Shown here: piece after piece, positions 60,680 to 64,000 of the stretch
Numbering within the stretch: position 1 is the first letter of the stretch
How the letters are laid out: the number at the start of each line of letters is the position of its first letter
Origin: Haliotis rubra
Lineage: Eukaryota
Length of the DNA: 64,000 nucleotides
Direction of reading: 5' to 3'
NCBI RefSeq assembly: GCF_003918875.1
Contig: NW_025767401.1
Coordinates: 1,240,001 to 1,304,000, forward strand
Position numbers and translations under genes: made by a program
Notes under the pieces: generated by a model
Seen by the model: only the letters and a program-made list of their open reading frames with translations
What the model was told of the DNA's origin: nothing
Databases searched by the model: none

Positions 60680-62540
60680 AGCTGGAGACACCATTCGAGC
60701 TGCAAAACTATACTACTCCGATACCTGCCAGTACTTTTAATAAAATATTGTGTTCAGGAACGTTTCCAGACAAATGGTTACAAACACTCATTAAACCTCT
60801 CCATAAGAAAGGAAACACTCAAGATGTAAATAATTACAGAGGAATTTCCTTGATGGACATATTGGGAAAGTTATTTACGCATATACTGAATAAACGTTTA
60901 CAAGCTTTTGTGAAATATATGAGAAGATTCCAGAATCACAGGCTGGATTTCGGTCAGGTTACAGTAAAGTGGATAACATGTTTTATCTCCAGGGTTTAGC
61001 ACAGAAATACCTATTCAAACGTAAAGGACGATTCTATAGTCTCTTTGTAGACATTCGCAAGGCATTTGACTGTGTGAACAGAAAGCTGTTATGGTTTATG
61101 ATACTGAAGAAATTAAAGGTATTCACGGAAAATTATTTCAAATGTTACAGGATATGTATACAAAAGTAAAATCTGCTGTTAAGATGACTAATTCATTTAT
61201 TACTGACTTACTGACTATTTCGACACAGTGAGTGGAGTGAGACACGGCTGCCATCTAAGTCCGATGATGTATGTATTTTTGATGATACAGTAATAGGAAT
61301 GGAACGGAAGATTGGCGTTTTAAAGAAGTTTTCTTTCAAGTGAGGACTATAAGTAAACTTAGAAAAAACATAGATGATAGTTTTCAGAAATGGAGGTATA
61401 GTTAAAGGTACAGAAAAATGGAAATACGGCGAAGTTGATATAAAAATCTCAACTTATTATATTTATCTAGGTCTGATGTTTTCATCGAAATTATCATGGA
61501 GCAAGACTATTGATGTACTAGCATCCAAGGCCAGCAAAGCATTGTTCGGCGTGAAAGCACGCCAGGGACAATTGAAGAACATGTCACCAAATATCCTGTT
61601 TAGGATATTCGACGTTCAGATCAAGCCAATCATTTTGTATGGATCAGAAATCTGGGGGTACGAAATAAGATATATCGTCGAACAATTCCATTCAAGCTTT
61701 TGTAAATTCATTCTTTCATCCGGGATTCACGTCTCTAACGTTGCGGCTCTCGGCGACTGTGGACGCTATGCATTGTACGTCGACTACCACACAAGATGTA
61801 TTAAATACTGGTGCAAGATACTACAGCTACCGTCAAACAGACACCCGAAACAGCGTTATACCATGATGTTTAAACTGGACTCAAGCAACAGAAGAACATG
61901 GGCCAGTCATATAAGAGAACTTTTGCAGTACGGTTTTGGATTCGTTTGGATGTCACAAGATGTCGGCGATATCCCAAACTTCACAACTACATTTAAACAA
62001 AGGATTAAAGATTGCTATCAACAAGAATGGACAGAGGCATTATCAACATCAAGCAAAATGACATATTACAAAGACTTTAAATTCGTTCTAAATACAGATG
62101 TCAACTATCAAGAATAAAGAATTAAGAAGATTATTGTTTCTATTACGCTTATCCGAATTACAGCTAAGAATCAAGACGGGAAGGTGGGAAGGGTTGCTGC
62201 CTGAAGAAAGGATCTGTCAAGTGTGTGAATTACAGGAAAATGAAGATGAATATCATTTCCTCCTTATATGCCCCTTATACAAAGCATAAGATTAAAATAT
62301 CTCCCGCATTATTATTGCACAAGTGTCACTGTTCAGAAATGTATAAATTTGTTGGGTGTCTGTTCATCATTTATACTTCACAATTGTGCTATGTTAATCA
62401 AGGAAGCTCGTCTACAGAGAAAATTACAGCTCGATATGTAAATTCATATAAAGTGTATCAAAATGTCACTACAAAATTTGTTTGAAATGTATTATACGTG
62501 GGCCAATGGCCTTTCTATTGAATAAATGATTTATTGATTG
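60680..62540 (+). mobile_element. Decayed non-LTR retrotransposon (same general clade) in copy C intron 5
   Basis: PLHKKG, NYRGISL, FVDIRKAFD, LGDCGR, ERICQVC...EDEYHFLLICP; AATAAA plus (ATTG)n tail. Confidence 0.87.
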
Positions 62541-62928
62541 AGATTACGATTCTGAAGGCTTCTTCTGGAGAGACAGACCTTTCTACACGATCGGATAAAG
62601 AGGACAATATGGACGCGGATCTGCAAGTTTTGAAGGATCTTTTAATAAATCAAGGACCACCAGTTTCCTGTAATTCTACTTTGATAAGACCTTTCTCCAG
62701 AATAGGTCTCATGGAAAAGGGTTGTCACTGACTGTCTATATTTATGAGTGTTTAAGATAAATGTTAGTGCTCTCACACTCTCACACCAAGTAGAATGGGC
62801 AGTAACAGGTGAGAACACTCTTGTTACTAACAGAATGGGCATTCACCGACTTCTTTCCTTATGGGCTATTTGTTTGTTTTTGCGGAGTACCAGTCTCACA
62901 CAGCCATCACTTCTATGATTCCACTTAC

Positions 62929-63132
62929 TTTGATGTATGTATCATTGTACGGATTTTCGTTCCAGATGCCAATAAAGTCTATGGTAAGGTTGTGGTACGT
63001 CTTGGCACCTTGGAGCCACTTCAGGATGTACGTTGCCGTCTGTTGTGGTATTACATACGGGTCCTGTGGGGTGGTTGCTATCCAGCCGGGGAATCCCCAC
63101 GGCAGACCATACAGCTTGATGTCCGGGTTCCG
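62929..63132 (-). CDS. GALC: GALC copy C exon 5
   Basis: RNPDIKLYGLPW...IGIWNENPYNDTYIK, 204 nt. Confidence 0.93.
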
Positions 63133-63347
63133 CTGAAATACAAGAAGGTCTACACTGCAACCTTGTCGAGGATGTTTAGACAGGCATCAGAATTAAACAA
63201 GTATTAAACTTCCTTTTTTTATAAATATGATGAATTATGACCTGATCAGCACAATCCCTGAAATGCGCCATGATATGGTTCGGTACTACAACTTTCTGCA
63301 TGACTTCATATGCTCCAGTAGGTTCTCTACTGTGTAATCAGTGGTAC

Positions 63348-63436
63348 CTTCTTTGCTTCTTTCATAAGCCACCACTCATATCCTCTGTGGTAGTTCTCCT
63401 CCCAGCTGTTGTGCATGTGGGACGCCTCGGATCCAT
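63348..63436 (-). CDS. GALC: GALC copy C exon 4
   Basis: [30 protein letters not shown], 89 nt. Confidence 0.93.
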
Positions 63437-63676
63437 CTGGATTCACAAAATTATCATCATTGTCACCATCTATGTCCCACATATTAAATAGTTCTTGTAG
63501 TGGAAAGTAAGCAGGAGAGTATCAGTTCACAAGACCGTATTAAGGCATTACATTATCAATTACAAACTTAAGCATCATCAGCATTTTAAAAGAATTTATG
63601 TAATTTCTATTTCGATCAGATAAAGAATTCGTTGTCCCCTTTAATCTACCCTGGCGGATATAAATGTGTGTTATAC

Positions 63677-63740
63677 CAGTGCTCTGTGCATCTCCGCCAA
63701 TCTCGACCTTCAGTATCTGCAGACTGGCTCCGAAGTTGGG
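63677..63740 (-). CDS. GALC: GALC copy C exon 3
   Basis: [25 protein letters not shown], 64 nt. Confidence 0.93.
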
Positions 63741-64000
63741 CTGCAACAAGTGAGTTATTTCCTTTTGACAACATTTGACTGATAGCGCTAGTAATACAAC
63801 GATACGGGCCTCATAATCAGGCAATAAATTACTATACTATAGGAATACTGAAATTAGAACTGGCAAAGGAGAGAGTTAAGTTGTTTTCTTGAAGAATCGA
63901 CCAAAATATGAAGATTTTAATTTAACCAGGTTGTTGTGAATCTAAAAGCTGTTTTACTTTCGATGCCACTGTTATTTCACTACACCCACAGAGATTAACA

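Larger units (their letters stand above)
49914..63740 (-). other. GALC: GALC-like gene copy C, exons 3-17 (exons 1-2 beyond the window end)
   Basis: 15 exons with the same lengths and phases as copy B; no stops or frameshifts seen. Confidence 0.94.

Noticed and set aside
14131-63740. B and C as two haplotypes of one gene placed in tandem
   Set aside because: Nearly every intron differs in TE and repeat content and unique intron sequence is substantially diverged. Read depth is still needed to exclude this fully in a highly heterozygous genome

Overview
Eukaryotic (animal) genomic DNA. The SINE/LINE content suggests a mollusc such as a gastropod/abalone, but this is inference only. The window holds a tandem cluster of three galactocerebrosidase (GALC, glycoside hydrolase family 59) paralogs. 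Copy A (+ strand) shows only its 3' exons (1105-10829). Copy B (- strand) is complete: 17 exons, 46857-14131, about 673 aa, with 6 nt of exon 10 inferred to lie in an N gap. Copy C (- strand) shows exons 3-17 (63740-49914), with its 5' end beyond the window. I checked every exon by hand for GT/AG boundaries and reading-frame phase. The catalytic WNE and WSSED motifs are intact in B and C. The main observation is that copy A carries two divergent tandem versions of lectin-domain exon 14. Both are 3n+1 long with identical phases, the signature of mutually exclusive splicing, and they are surrounded by a cluster of UGCAUG (Rbfox) motifs. B and C kept only one variant and differ from each other by a burst of amino-acid changes in one catalytic-domain exon. 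Introns contain paralog-specific tandem arrays (25, 27, 40, 41 and 44 bp units), including a ~14 kb satellite whose single-copy seed is visible in the 401-bp paralogous intron. Also present: four decayed LINEs, a Tc1 derivative, several MITEs and two SINE families. Exon numbers follow copy B.
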